Below are positions 6,660 through 15,095 of a DNA stretch of 32,786 nt, one piece after another. Location: positions 1 through 32,786 of the forward strand of contig JAFONG010000108.1 of the NCBI GenBank assembly GCA_017418585.1, given 5' to 3'. The position numbers and the translations under genes were made by a program. Each line of letters opens with the position of its first letter. Position 1 is the stretch's first letter. Source of the DNA: Erysipelotrichaceae bacterium. Its GTDB lineage: Bacteria > Bacillota_I > Bacilli_A > Erysipelotrichales > Erysipelotrichaceae. Under the pieces are notes generated by a model, which saw nothing but the letters and a program-made list of their open reading frames with translations, was not told where the DNA came from and did not search any database.

Positions 6660-6838
6660 TACTTGGATCTTCTCAGTTTCCTGGCATTTTCTCTTTTCAG
6701 TCTCTTCTTAATGCCCGGTTTTACGTAATACTCTCTTTTTCTGACTTCAAGAAGCGTGCCATTACGAGAAACCTGTCTCTTAAAACGACGCAGTGCATCA
6801 TCGAGCTGTTCGTTTTCTTTAACGATAACTTTTGCCAT
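6659..6838 (-). CDS. rpsU: 30S ribosomal protein S21 (59 aa, below the ORF-track cutoff)
   Basis: My own translation of the - strand gives [59 protein letters not shown], the classic S21 sequence. SD AAGGAGGTGA lies upstream. Confidence 0.95.
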   Translation of the reverse strand: MAKVIVKENEQLDDALRRFKRQVSRNGTLLEVRKREYYVKPGIKKRLKRENARKLRRSK

Positions 6839-6904
6839 AATTTCACCTCCTTTTGTCGCAACAGTTAAATTATAAACAAAAACATCTAAAAAATAAAGAA
6901 TTAT

Positions 6905-8347
6905 TTATTCTACCGCATCTGTTTCTTCTCTTTTCCTTTTATCCAGGTATTTCTGGACATAGAAACGGTCACCCTGGTAGAATTCCTTTCCCAGACCCAT
7001 GCTCAGGTATTTTTCGTTGCCTTTGCCGATGATGATGAGGGTATCGTCCTGATTCATGATTTCAATGGCGTTCTTGATGGCCTGAGACCGCAGGTCGCAG
7101 TGAATGACTCTGGCGTCTTTTCTGGTATATCTGTCGCAGCGGGACAGGATGTTCATTACTTCCCCTTCCAGGGATTCGTTTTCAGTAAGAATAATGACAT
7201 CCAGATTGCTTTGACATATCTGCATGATCTTTTCCAGCCGGTTGTCGCCGTCGGTATAGTTGATGCTGATGACACCGATCGCTTTATGTCCTTCGGCAGC
7301 TTTCCTTGCATAGCGGCAGATTTCGTTGATCGATGAAATATCGTAGGCAGAATCGACGATCACGTTATACTGTGTATCGCATCTTTCCATGACGCCGTCA
7401 ACACATGGGACGTCTTTCATTCCTTCAATGATTTCATCCAGAGGATGCCCTTTCTGATGCAGAGCTGCGATCGTGGCAGTCAGATTGTAGACATTGACCA
7501 TCCCCTGAAGAGAAGAAACGACCGGATATGCCGTTCCTTCATGATTGAGATTGAAACTGAGGCCCTGGTTTGAAAGCGATACATCGGAAATACGGTAATC
7601 CGAATCTTCGTACAGTCCGTATGTAAAATAGTTCTCGACACAGTCGCTCAGTTCCATGTACGATACATCATCCGCATTGAATATGACTCTGGTTGCATTC
7701 TCCAAAGTGTACAGATATCTTCTGAAATAGCTGAAATACTCGCTCAGCTGGCTTTCGTTGGAATTGGTGTCGGTACTGGTATAGATGAAGAACGACGGAT
7801 CGATGCTGTCCAGTTTCTGCAGGTTCAGGGAAGAGGCATTCGCCTCAAAGGTACAGGAGCTGATCCCGTTTTCTTTCATGGTCTGCAGGATCTTGAGGTT
7901 CTCCAGGGCATTAAGCGTCGTCACGGAAGATTTCAGTTCCGTACGGTCGTAACGGATGCCGAGTATACCGACATAGCCGCATTTTTCTTTCTTGTTCAGA
8001 AAATGATTGATAAACAGGGCAACGGAACATCTGCCGTAGTTTCCTCCGACTACGAATTCGTCGATGTTCTTCCCCGGATCTCCATAGAATATCTTGGCCG
8101 TCTTTTTCAGGGTATTGTTGACATCGGCAACCTTGATATAGATCGCTTTCTCTTTTCTTTCAATCTCTTTGGAATAAATGATTACTTTTGCGCCGTTTTT
8201 TACCGCTTCTTCGATATAGTCGTGACCGTAATACTTGATTCCGTTCAGACAGAAAAAGATCGCATCTTCCATCGGCATTCTGCTGTCAACGGAGAGCTGT
8301 CTGATTTCCATGTCCGGTGCACCGGAAAACAGTTTACTCAGCAACAT
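6905..8347 (-). CDS. MurE-like Mur-ligase-family protein with degenerate catalytic motifs (probable pseudoenzyme or divergent paralog)
   Basis: MurE-like N-terminal domain (LSVDSR, G..YYGHDYIEEAVKNGA). NADD, G.VNVYN and GKG.E are in MurE order. However the P-loop reads VVGGNYGRCS instead of GVTGTNGKT(T/S), and other catalytic motifs are substituted (see findings). SD GAGGTGA. The gene overlaps mtaB by 14 nt. Confidence 0.8.
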   Translation of the reverse strand: MLLSKLFSGAPDMEIRQLSVDSRMPMEDAIFFCLNGIKYYGHDYIEEAVKNGAKVIIYSKEIERKEKAIYIKVADVNNTLKKTAKIFYGDPGKNIDEFVVGGNYGRCSVALFINHFLNKKEKCGYVGILGIRYDRTELKSSVTTLNALENLKILQTMKENGISSCTFEANASSLNLQKLDSIDPSFFIYTSTDTNSNESQLSEYFSYFRRYLYTLENATRVIFNADDVSYMELSDCVENYFTYGLYEDSDYRISDVSLSNQGLSFNLNHEGTAYPVVSSLQGMVNVYNLTATIAALHQKGHPLDEIIEGMKDVPCVDGVMERCDTQYNVIVDSAYDISSINEICRYARKAAEGHKAIGVISINYTDGDNRLEKIMQICQSNLDVIILTENESLEGEVMNILSRCDRYTRKDARVIHCDLRSQAIKNAIEIMNQDDTLIIIGKGNEKYLSMGLGKEFYQGDRFYVQKYLDKRKREETDAVE

Positions 8348-9599
8348 TTCCTATCACCTCTTCTTCTGCATTATCTATGATTACATCCAGTACTGTCCCC
8401 GCTTCATAAATACCGTTGACTTTTGTGTAGATGTATTCCTTGCTGTACCCGTAGGAACAGCTTCCGTCATGTCTTTCAATCAGGACTCTGACTCTTTTTC
8501 CGATGAAACGTTTCTTGAACTCCACAGAGATGTCTTTTTCTAGATCCATGACCGTTCTGACCCGCTGTTTCTTGATCTTTGGATCTACATGCCCATCCAT
8601 CCTGTCGGCTGCCGTTCCGGTTTTTCTGGAATACGGAAAGACATGGATAAAGGAAAAGCGTATCTCTTTCAGTTGATTCAGGGTATTCTCGAAACGTTCT
8701 TCCGTTTCGTTTGGAAAACCGACGATCAGATCTGTGCTGATACTGACATCAGGGATCTGAGAACGAATATAGTTTATTCTGTCCTTGTATTCTTCGATTG
8801 TATATGGACGGTTCATGGCTTTCAGAATATCGTTGTCGCAGGATTGTACAGGGATATGCAGATGTCTGGCGATCTTTGTGTCGTTCTTCATCAGACCGAT
8901 GATACTGTCGTTGATCTCGGTCATTTCGATGGAACTGAGACGAATCGTTTCCAGACCTTCGATCCGGCACAGATCGCATAAAAGACTGTACAGATCATAT
9001 TCTCCATCACGGTATCTTCCGGTATGAATTCCTGTCAGAACGATCTCCCTGTTTTCTTTCGCCAGTATTCCCGCTTCCTTGAGCAGCAGCTCGTGTTTTC
9101 CGCTTCTTTCTCTTCCTCTGGCATATGGAATGATGCAGTAGGCACAGAACTGGTTGCATCCGTCCTGGATCTTCAGGAAAGACCTTGACTTTGCCGGATA
9201 GGATTCGATATAGAGATGCTCGAAGTCGCTGCTGACCTGTTGCTTCACATGGCAATTTCTGTCCTGAGCCATTATCAGGTCTACGATCCTGTCTTTCTGG
9301 TCGGAACCGATCACCAGATCAACATCATCAAAAACCTCGCTGTCGTGCTTGATCTGGCTTAAACAGCCGATTGCGGCGATATAGGCATCGGGATTGTTTC
9401 TTCTGGCATCGTGGATGAATTTTCTGGTCTTGGCTTCTGCGGTATTGGTTACGCAGCAGGTAAAGATCAGATAGATATCCGCTTTCTGTCTAAAAGGAAC
9501 TTCCTCATAATGTTTATTCATTTTTTCCCGGACATAGGTGGCTTCATAGTCGTTTACCTTGCATCCAAGGATCATCATCGCATATGTTTTCATTGACAT
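8334..9599 (-). CDS. mtaB: tRNA t6A37 methylthiotransferase, radical-SAM MiaB/MtaB family (YqeV-like)
   Basis: N-terminal UPF0004 domain (GCKVNDYE), radical-SAM cluster motif CNQFCAYCIIP, C-terminal TRAM-like region. Sits next to rsmE, as in the Bacillus yqeU-yqeV arrangement. Confidence 0.85.
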   Translation of the reverse strand: MSMKTYAMMILGCKVNDYEATYVREKMNKHYEEVPFRQKADIYLIFTCCVTNTAEAKTRKFIHDARRNNPDAYIAAIGCLSQIKHDSEVFDDVDLVIGSDQKDRIVDLIMAQDRNCHVKQQVSSDFEHLYIESYPAKSRSFLKIQDGCNQFCAYCIIPYARGRERSGKHELLLKEAGILAKENREIVLTGIHTGRYRDGEYDLYSLLCDLCRIEGLETIRLSSIEMTEINDSIIGLMKNDTKIARHLHIPVQSCDNDILKAMNRPYTIEEYKDRINYIRSQIPDVSISTDLIVGFPNETEERFENTLNQLKEIRFSFIHVFPYSRKTGTAADRMDGHVDPKIKKQRVRTVMDLEKDISVEFKKRFIGKRVRVLIERHDGSCSYGYSKEYIYTKVNGIYEAGTVLDVIIDNAEEEVIGNVAE

Positions 9600-10276
9600 T
9601 TTCCTACGATATTGCTGGTGAAATAGATGGCGGCTGTTTCCGCTCTCAGAATGCGTTTTCCCAGACTGACGGACTGATATCCCATTTCCGTGATCTTTTT
9701 GTATTCTTTTTCATCAAAGCCCCCTTCCGGACCGATGATATAGGTAACGCTTCCTTCGCATTCCAAAGAAGCGATGTTCTTTTCCGCTTCGTAACAGACG
9801 TAATTGTATCGGCTCTTGTACTTGTCTAGATCCTTAAGCGAAGCAACTTCACAGATTTCCGGTATTCTGTTACGGTGAGACTGTTCAGCGGCTTCTAAGG
9901 CAATCTTGCGTATTCTCTCCAGCTTTTTGTCATCCCTGATCCTGACAACGCTTCTTTGCGCCTGATACGGAACGATCCGGTTGACTCCCAGTTCGGTCAG
10001 TTTCTGGATGCAAAGCTCAAAATGATCGTTCTTGATCAGCGAAAGAATGCAGGTAATGTCGCAGGAAAGCTCGTTGTTTTCATTGAGTTTATCCATTGTC
10101 TGACACTGCTTCTTATTGATCAGATGAGCATGATAAACGGTTCCGCTTTTGTCACATAAACGGAATATATAAGAACCGTCTTTTCTTAATACTTTCTGAA
10201 GATGATACAGAATCTTTTCATCCAGATCCAGGATTTCTCCGGTATGGATCTCCTTGTCAGTAAAATACTGCTGCAT
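9590..10276 (-). CDS. rsmE: 16S rRNA (uracil1498-N3)-methyltransferase
   Basis: MQQYF... N-terminus and the C-terminal GPEGGF...E.......G...VSLG.RILR.ETA motif. I prefer ATG at 10276 over the track's TTG at 10303, which abuts the upstream stop. Confidence 0.85.
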   Translation of the reverse strand: MQQYFTDKEIHTGEILDLDEKILYHLQKVLRKDGSYIFRLCDKSGTVYHAHLINKKQCQTMDKLNENNELSCDITCILSLIKNDHFELCIQKLTELGVNRIVPYQAQRSVVRIRDDKKLERIRKIALEAAEQSHRNRIPEICEVASLKDLDKYKSRYNYVCYEAEKNIASLECEGSVTYIIGPEGGFDEKEYKKITEMGYQSVSLGKRILRAETAAIYFTSNIVGKCQ

Positions 10277-10303
10277 AAAACCATTATAACTTAAAAAGGA
10301 CAA

Positions 10304-11563
10304 TCACTTGTCCTTTTTGTCGTCGTTATCATAGAAAGTGATCTTGATCTCGTTCACTTTCTTGGAGTCGGCATCCGTTACTTCCACATGCATGTTCTTG
10401 TAGTCGAATCCGTCTCCCTTGACCGGGATCTTGTCGAGTACGTCTATGACCCATGCGGATGTCGTATTGAACTCGAATTCTTCATCCGTTTCGATGCCGA
10501 AGTGTTCAAACAGATCGTCGATGTCTAGATCCGCCTTGATCAGGTAGTTGTGATCATCCAGCTTCTTGTAGTATTCGATGACTTCATCATGTTCGTCGTA
10601 GATCTCACCGACCAGTTCTTCCAGGATATCTTCCATCGTAATGATGCCCTGAGTACCGCCGTATTCATCGACAACCACGGCCATATGCGACTTGGATGTC
10701 TGGAACTGTTTCAGCAGTGAAGAGATCTTTACATGCGGAGAGGTATAGAATACTTCCTGCAGGATCTCTTTGATATTGGTGGATTTTTCATACAGAAGAT
10801 GATAGTAGAAGTCCTTTTCATGCAATACGCCGATGATGTTGTCCAGAGAGTCTTCATAGACAGGCAGACGCGAATAACCGGAATCGCGGTACATCAGTTC
10901 GATGTCTTCTACAGAGTCTTCATCGATATCGATCGCAATGACGTCGATTCTTGGCGTCAGTATTTCGCCGACATCAAGATCGTTGAATTCCAGGGCGTTG
11001 GTAATCAGATCGGCTTCGTGGTCTTCCATGTCTCCTTCTTCATTGGCTTCTTCCACCATTGTCAGAAGTTCGTCGGTAGAATAGGTATCGTTTTCGACAT
11101 AGAAAAGTCTGCTCATCAGTTTTTCCAGATAACCGAAGATGAAAGTCAGAGGCGTGAAAAGGAAAACCAGGGTATTCAGGATCCAGGTCACGTTCATCGC
11201 AAACTTTTCCGGAACGTACTTGGCGATGTTCTTCGGAATGATTTCGCCGATGATCATGATCACCAGCGTCATGACGATCGATGAGATCGCAACGCCGTTG
11301 TTGTGGTAGAGATTGCTGAACAGGACCGTTGCCAGTGATGCCGCAACAACATTGACGATGGTATTACCTACCAGGATCGTAGTGAGCAGTTTCGGGAACT
11401 TCTCCGTTAAGGCATAAGTCTTTTCGGCCTTTCTGTTTCCGGTGTTTGCCAGGGCTCTGAGCTTGATCTTGTTCAAGGAACTGAAAGCCGTCTCGCAGGC
11501 ACTGAAAAAACTGTAGCACAGCACGAGAAGGATCAGAACCAGTAGAATTGTATTGTTATCCAT
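10304..11563 (-). CDS. CNNM/CorC-HlyC family transporter (DUF21 membrane domain + CBS pair + CorC_HlyC)
   Basis: Four N-terminal hydrophobic helices, a CBS-pair region (EILTPR.D, IGV.HEKD) and a C-terminal transporter-associated domain. Size 419 aa. SD GAGGTG. Confidence 0.85.
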   Translation of the reverse strand: MDNNTILLVLILLVLCYSFFSACETAFSSLNKIKLRALANTGNRKAEKTYALTEKFPKLLTTILVGNTIVNVVAASLATVLFSNLYHNNGVAISSIVMTLVIMIIGEIIPKNIAKYVPEKFAMNVTWILNTLVFLFTPLTFIFGYLEKLMSRLFYVENDTYSTDELLTMVEEANEEGDMEDHEADLITNALEFNDLDVGEILTPRIDVIAIDIDEDSVEDIELMYRDSGYSRLPVYEDSLDNIIGVLHEKDFYYHLLYEKSTNIKEILQEVFYTSPHVKISSLLKQFQTSKSHMAVVVDEYGGTQGIITMEDILEELVGEIYDEHDEVIEYYKKLDDHNYLIKADLDIDDLFEHFGIETDEEFEFNTTSAWVIDVLDKIPVKGDGFDYKNMHVEVTDADSKKVNEIKITFYDNDDKKDK

Positions 11564-11636
11564 GAAAACACCTCATTTCTGAAGTGATGCCACTACTCGG
11601 TAAAGGAACGTCTTCATGTTTTGTCATAACGGCAAT

Positions 11637-11665
11637 ATATTAACAGAAACGATAGAAGAATGCAA
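11637..11665 (-). promoter_or_regulatory. Candidate sigma-A promoter TTGCAT-17-TAATAT for the CNNM-rsmE-mtaB... operon
   Basis: Read on the - strand: TTGCAT (11665-11660), a 17-nt spacer, TAATAT (11642-11637), then a leader of about 70 nt ending in SD GAGGTG. Confidence 0.5.
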
Positions 11666-11670
11666 ATAAT

Positions 11671-11698
11671 ATAAAAAGAAGGCTGAACCTTCTTTTTT
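11671..11698 (-). terminator. Rho-independent terminator after ftsZ
   Basis: Stem AAAAGAAGG / CCTTCTTTT (11674-11696), loop of 5 nt, followed on the - strand by a T-rich tail. Confidence 0.75.
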
Positions 11699-11715
11699 AA
11701 GCATTACATGATTAT

Positions 11716-12819
11716 TCAGGATCTGTTTTTGAAGAAGGACGGTACATCATCTTCCGCGATCGGAGAGACGAATTCCTCTTTCATCTGATTGATTTCTGCA
11801 TCCGTTTCTGCGGAGATCTGCGGTTTTTCGAAGAGGAAATCAGGCTGCGGAGCCGTCGTATGACTGGTTCCCGGCAGATCAAATCCGGTCGCAATGACGG
11901 TTACGATAATGGCTTCGCCAAGGGATTCGTTGATCGCAACACCGTAGATGATATCGATGTCGCTTCCTGCGGCTTCTTTAATGAAGTCGACCGCAATGGA
12001 TGAATCCTGCAGCGAGATCGACGGACCGCCGGTAATGTTGATGATGGCGGACTTGGCGCCTTTGATGTTTGCTTCCAGCAACGGAGAACGGATCGCTCTA
12101 GCAGCGGCTTCCTTGGCCTTGTTTTCACCCTGGGCCATGCCGATGCCGATCAGTGCCGTGCCCTTGCCTGCCATTACGGTTCTGATATCGGCGAAATCAA
12201 GATTGATGAAGGCCGGTACGGCAATCAGATCGGTGATGGTCTGAACGCCCTGTCTTAAGACGTTGTCGGCTTCCTTAAACGCTTCCTGCATCGGGATCTT
12301 TCCGATAACGCTTAACAGCTGATTGTTAGATACGATAATCAGCGAATCGACGTACTGTCTGATCTGTTCAATACCGACATTGGCCTGATCCATTCTTCTT
12401 CTGCCTTCAAAATCGAAAGGCTTGGTAACGATGCCGACGATAAGTGCACCCATCTCTCTGGCATATTTGGCAAATACCGGAGCTGCTCCCGTTCCTGTAC
12501 CGCCACCCATACCGCAGGTAATGAATACCATGTCTGCACCGGATAATGCTTTTTTGATATCTTCCTGAGATTCCAGAGCGGCTTTCTGGCCGACTTCAGG
12601 ATTTCCTCCTGCGCCAAGGCCTTTTGTCAGTTCACGGCCAAGGACGATCTTATTCGGACACTTTGAAAGATTGAGGGACTGAATATCCGTATTGCATACA
12701 TAAAAATCAACACCTTTTACGCCGTCATTTACCATGCGGTTCACGGCATTACAGCCGGCACCGCCGATGCCGAATACCTTAATCCTTGCTACCTGGTTAT
12801 ACTCCGGTCTAATACTCAT
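11716..12819 (-). CDS. ftsZ: Cell division protein FtsZ
   Basis: Tubulin signature [16 protein letters not shown] motifs and the C-terminal [10 protein letters not shown] peptide. Size 367 aa. Confidence 0.98.
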   Translation of the reverse strand: MSIRPEYNQVARIKVFGIGGAGCNAVNRMVNDGVKGVDFYVCNTDIQSLNLSKCPNKIVLGRELTKGLGAGGNPEVGQKAALESQEDIKKALSGADMVFITCGMGGGTGTGAAPVFAKYAREMGALIVGIVTKPFDFEGRRRMDQANVGIEQIRQYVDSLIIVSNNQLLSVIGKIPMQEAFKEADNVLRQGVQTITDLIAVPAFINLDFADIRTVMAGKGTALIGIGMAQGENKAKEAAARAIRSPLLEANIKGAKSAIINITGGPSISLQDSSIAVDFIKEAAGSDIDIIYGVAINESLGEAIIVTVIATGFDLPGTSHTTAPQPDFLFEKPQISAETDAEINQMKEEFVSPIAEDDVPSFFKNRS

Positions 12820-12831
12820 CTGATTTACCCC

Positions 12832-14079
12832 CTATCCAATATATTGCTTAAACAGATTTCTGATCTTTGAGGTGATCGTTTCACCTTCCGAATCCAGCTG
12901 ACGCTGATCGATCAAGGAATCGTAAGCCAGCAGATCGATACAGTTTACATCAAGATTATTCAACAACACTTTATCACGATATACGAAGAAGGCGCCATAT
13001 AATGCCGTCAGAGACGGATCTCTGACACCAATCGTATCCGGATAATACGTCTTCAGCTGGCCGTTGCATCCTTCACTGAGGGCGTTGGCAAGCTCTTTCA
13101 TCTTCTCCCCTTCACCGGTCAGAACGATCATGGCGCCGGATTCGATGATCGGCTTGCACATGGTCAGCAGTTTTTCGCTTAAGGCTTTCAGCGGCTCTTC
13201 CACAGTCTCATTCAGTTGAGCCGTACTGATCGTTTTAGTCGTTCCCTGATCGCTCCAGGCATAGATCGTATCGTCAGGATACTCGCTGCCGTAGTTGACG
13301 CAGTATTTCACCAGCTTGCCGATATCGTTGTAAGGCATGTTGAGATTTCTGTATACCCTATTGATCAGCGAATTGAGTCCGTCGAAGACGACTTCGGCAG
13401 ATACCAGTTTGCCCTTCGACAGCAGAGTCAGATAGGTGCAGGACTTTTCGATGTCCAGAACGACGATATTCCTGTTCAGGCTCTCTTCCAGAAGTGCCGC
13501 TTCTTTGGCGATCGCATAGTTGTTCAGTGTAATATCCAGAACCTTGATCCCCGATTCTTCAATAACGGATACATATTCGTAGCACATTTCGATATCAGCG
13601 CAAAGCAGGTCGATATCTACGGTCAGTTCATCGCATACTTCCTTTTCCGGCAGCCTGCGTGTCGAAATGCCGTTGACGGTATATTTGACTATAACCGGAT
13701 TTACGACCATGACACCAGCGTCCCTATTGGCTTTCAGGGAATTGCTGACAGCTCTGGCGATATCTTCCCTTCTGACGATTCCGTTTTCCGGGATGACCGT
13801 GGAGTGCAAAGGATAACGCTTGAAATTATAGGCAGGAAGAACCAGGATTACCTGTTCGATCTGCGATCCGATCTTGTCGCTGCAATCATTTATCGCATTT
13901 CTGATATCCCTGACCAGTTCTTCCCTGTTCGTGATTTTAAAATCACTGATTGATGAGATCGGATACTTCTCACTGCGGATAATATTAAAACGGGTGTTGA
14001 AATACTCACCGACCAGAATTTTGATTTCATTTTCGCACAGCTGTAAAGATACGTAGATCTGTTTGATATGATTACCCAT
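12832..14079 (-). CDS. ftsA: Cell division protein FtsA
   Basis: Actin-like ATPase lying immediately upstream of ftsZ. Size 415 aa. FtsA-like N-terminus (IYVSL....IKILVGE) and VLTGEG motif. Confidence 0.93.
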   Translation of the reverse strand: MGNHIKQIYVSLQLCENEIKILVGEYFNTRFNIIRSEKYPISSISDFKITNREELVRDIRNAINDCSDKIGSQIEQVILVLPAYNFKRYPLHSTVIPENGIVRREDIARAVSNSLKANRDAGVMVVNPVIVKYTVNGISTRRLPEKEVCDELTVDIDLLCADIEMCYEYVSVIEESGIKVLDITLNNYAIAKEAALLEESLNRNIVVLDIEKSCTYLTLLSKGKLVSAEVVFDGLNSLINRVYRNLNMPYNDIGKLVKYCVNYGSEYPDDTIYAWSDQGTTKTISTAQLNETVEEPLKALSEKLLTMCKPIIESGAMIVLTGEGEKMKELANALSEGCNGQLKTYYPDTIGVRDPSLTALYGAFFVYRDKVLLNNLDVNCIDLLAYDSLIDQRQLDSEGETITSKIRNLFKQYIG

Positions 14080-14087
14080 ACATAGTC

Positions 14088-14096
14088 ATTTTAGCA
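14088..14096 (-). promoter_or_regulatory. Candidate extended -10 (TGcTAAAAT) 8 nt upstream of the ftsA ATG
   Basis: The - strand reads TTATGCTAAAATGACTATGT-ATG. No SD between the box and the start codon. Confidence 0.3.
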
Positions 14097-14131
14097 TAAT
14101 TAAGAATAAATAAAAAAACATAAAATATAAT

Positions 14132-14160
14132 TTGCATTTCTTTTTCATTTATGTTAAAGT
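14132..14160 (+). promoter_or_regulatory. Candidate promoter TTGCAT-17-TAAAGT for rpmB
   Basis: TTGCAT at 14132-14137, a 17-nt spacer, TAAAGT at 14155-14160. SD AGGGGG at 14181-14186. Confidence 0.4.
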
Positions 14161-14194
14161 AATTAAGCGTCAAAAGAGAAAGGGGGCAAGCTGT

Positions 14195-14389
14195 ATGTCA
14201 AGAGTTTGTGCTATCACAGGCAAAAAACAGATGTCTGGTAATAACCGTTCACATTCACTTCGTGCTACACGCCGTAAATGGAATGTCAATCTTCAGAATG
14301 TAACAATGCTGGTTGATGGTAAACCAAAGAAGGTTCGCGTTTCTGCCCGCGCACTTAGAACATTAAAAAATCAGGCTAAGGCAGCATAA
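14195..14389 (+). CDS. rpmB: 50S ribosomal protein L28
   Basis: [34 protein letters not shown]... is the L28 signature. The true start is the ATG at 14195 behind the SD, not the track's 14132. Confidence 0.95.
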   Translation: MSRVCAITGKKQMSGNNRSHSLRATRRKWNVNLQNVTMLVDGKPKKVRVSARALRTLKNQAKAA

Positions 14390-14410
14390 CTTCCGTAAGG
14401 AAGTTTTTTT
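14388..14410 (+). terminator. Rho-independent terminator after rpmB
   Basis: Stem AACTTCC / GGAAGTT, loop GTAA, then TTTTTTT. The stem overlaps the TAA stop. Confidence 0.8.
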
Positions 14411-14414
14411 ATCT

Positions 14415-14440
14415 AAAAAAGACAGCTTATTCGCTGTCTT
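14415..14440 (-). terminator. Rho-independent terminator after rpe
   Basis: Stem AAGACAGC / GCTGTCTT (14419-14440). The rpe stop codon lies in the loop. A T run follows on the - strand. Confidence 0.7.
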
Positions 14441-15092
14441 TGTTTTTGTTTCCTCTCAGTTTTGCGACATTGGCCCTGATATCCCCGTTGAAGACAAACG
14501 ATCCGGCAACCAGCGCATCTGCACCGTCGTTTACGATCTCATGAGCGTTTCTGTCGTTGACCCCGCCATCGACTTCGATGATATAGGAGAGATCTCTGGC
14601 GGTCTTGTAGGCTTTCAGCTTGCTGATCTTTTCCGAGGATTCCGGAATGTACTTCTGCCCGCCGAAACCCGGTTCTACCGACATGACCAGAACAATATCC
14701 GTTTTGTCAAGCAACGGGAATATCGTTTCGACCGGTGTTGCCGGTTTGATGGATATTCCGGCTTTCAGATACATGCCGTGAATCTTGTCGATCAGTTTTG
14801 AACACTTTTCAAGATCGTTGTAGGCTTCATAGTGAAAGATCAGGGAATCGGCTCCGGCTTTTGCGAAGACGTCGCTGTAGTAGTCCGGATCGGTTACCAT
14901 CAGATGGACATCCATGAACAGCCTGGTGTTTCTTCTGAATGCCTGAAGAATGGCGGGACCGAAAGTCAGGTTCGGCACGAAATGTCCGTCCATGACATCG
15001 AAATGAATCCATTCGACGGTTTCATTTAAGGCAGCCAGTTCTTCATTGAACCGGTCGTAATGCATTGACAGTACAGACGGTGAAATGATCAT
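14427..15092 (-). CDS. rpe: Ribulose-phosphate 3-epimerase
   Basis: Motifs SPS.LS, HFDVMDG.FVPN, MSV.PGFGGQ and DGG. Size 221 aa. Confidence 0.95.
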   Translation of the reverse strand: MIISPSVLSMHYDRFNEELAALNETVEWIHFDVMDGHFVPNLTFGPAILQAFRRNTRLFMDVHLMVTDPDYYSDVFAKAGADSLIFHYEAYNDLEKCSKLIDKIHGMYLKAGISIKPATPVETIFPLLDKTDIVLVMSVEPGFGGQKYIPESSEKISKLKAYKTARDLSYIIEVDGGVNDRNAHEIVNDGADALVAGSFVFNGDIRANVAKLRGNKNKDSE

Positions 15093-15095
15093 GAT

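Noticed and set aside
11564-11636. The 70-nt leader of the CNNM/CorC transporter, containing GAGTAG, considered as a metal riboswitch (M-box or yybP-ykoY type)
   Set aside because: It is far too short for an M-box and lacks the other conserved yybP-ykoY segments. Only a single hexamer coincides.
13216-13953. 245-aa ORF on the + strand inside ftsA
   Set aside because: It is entirely antisense to a well-supported FtsA gene. It has no SD, no recognisable motifs and a skewed composition (rich in D, I, R and F) typical of antisense frames.
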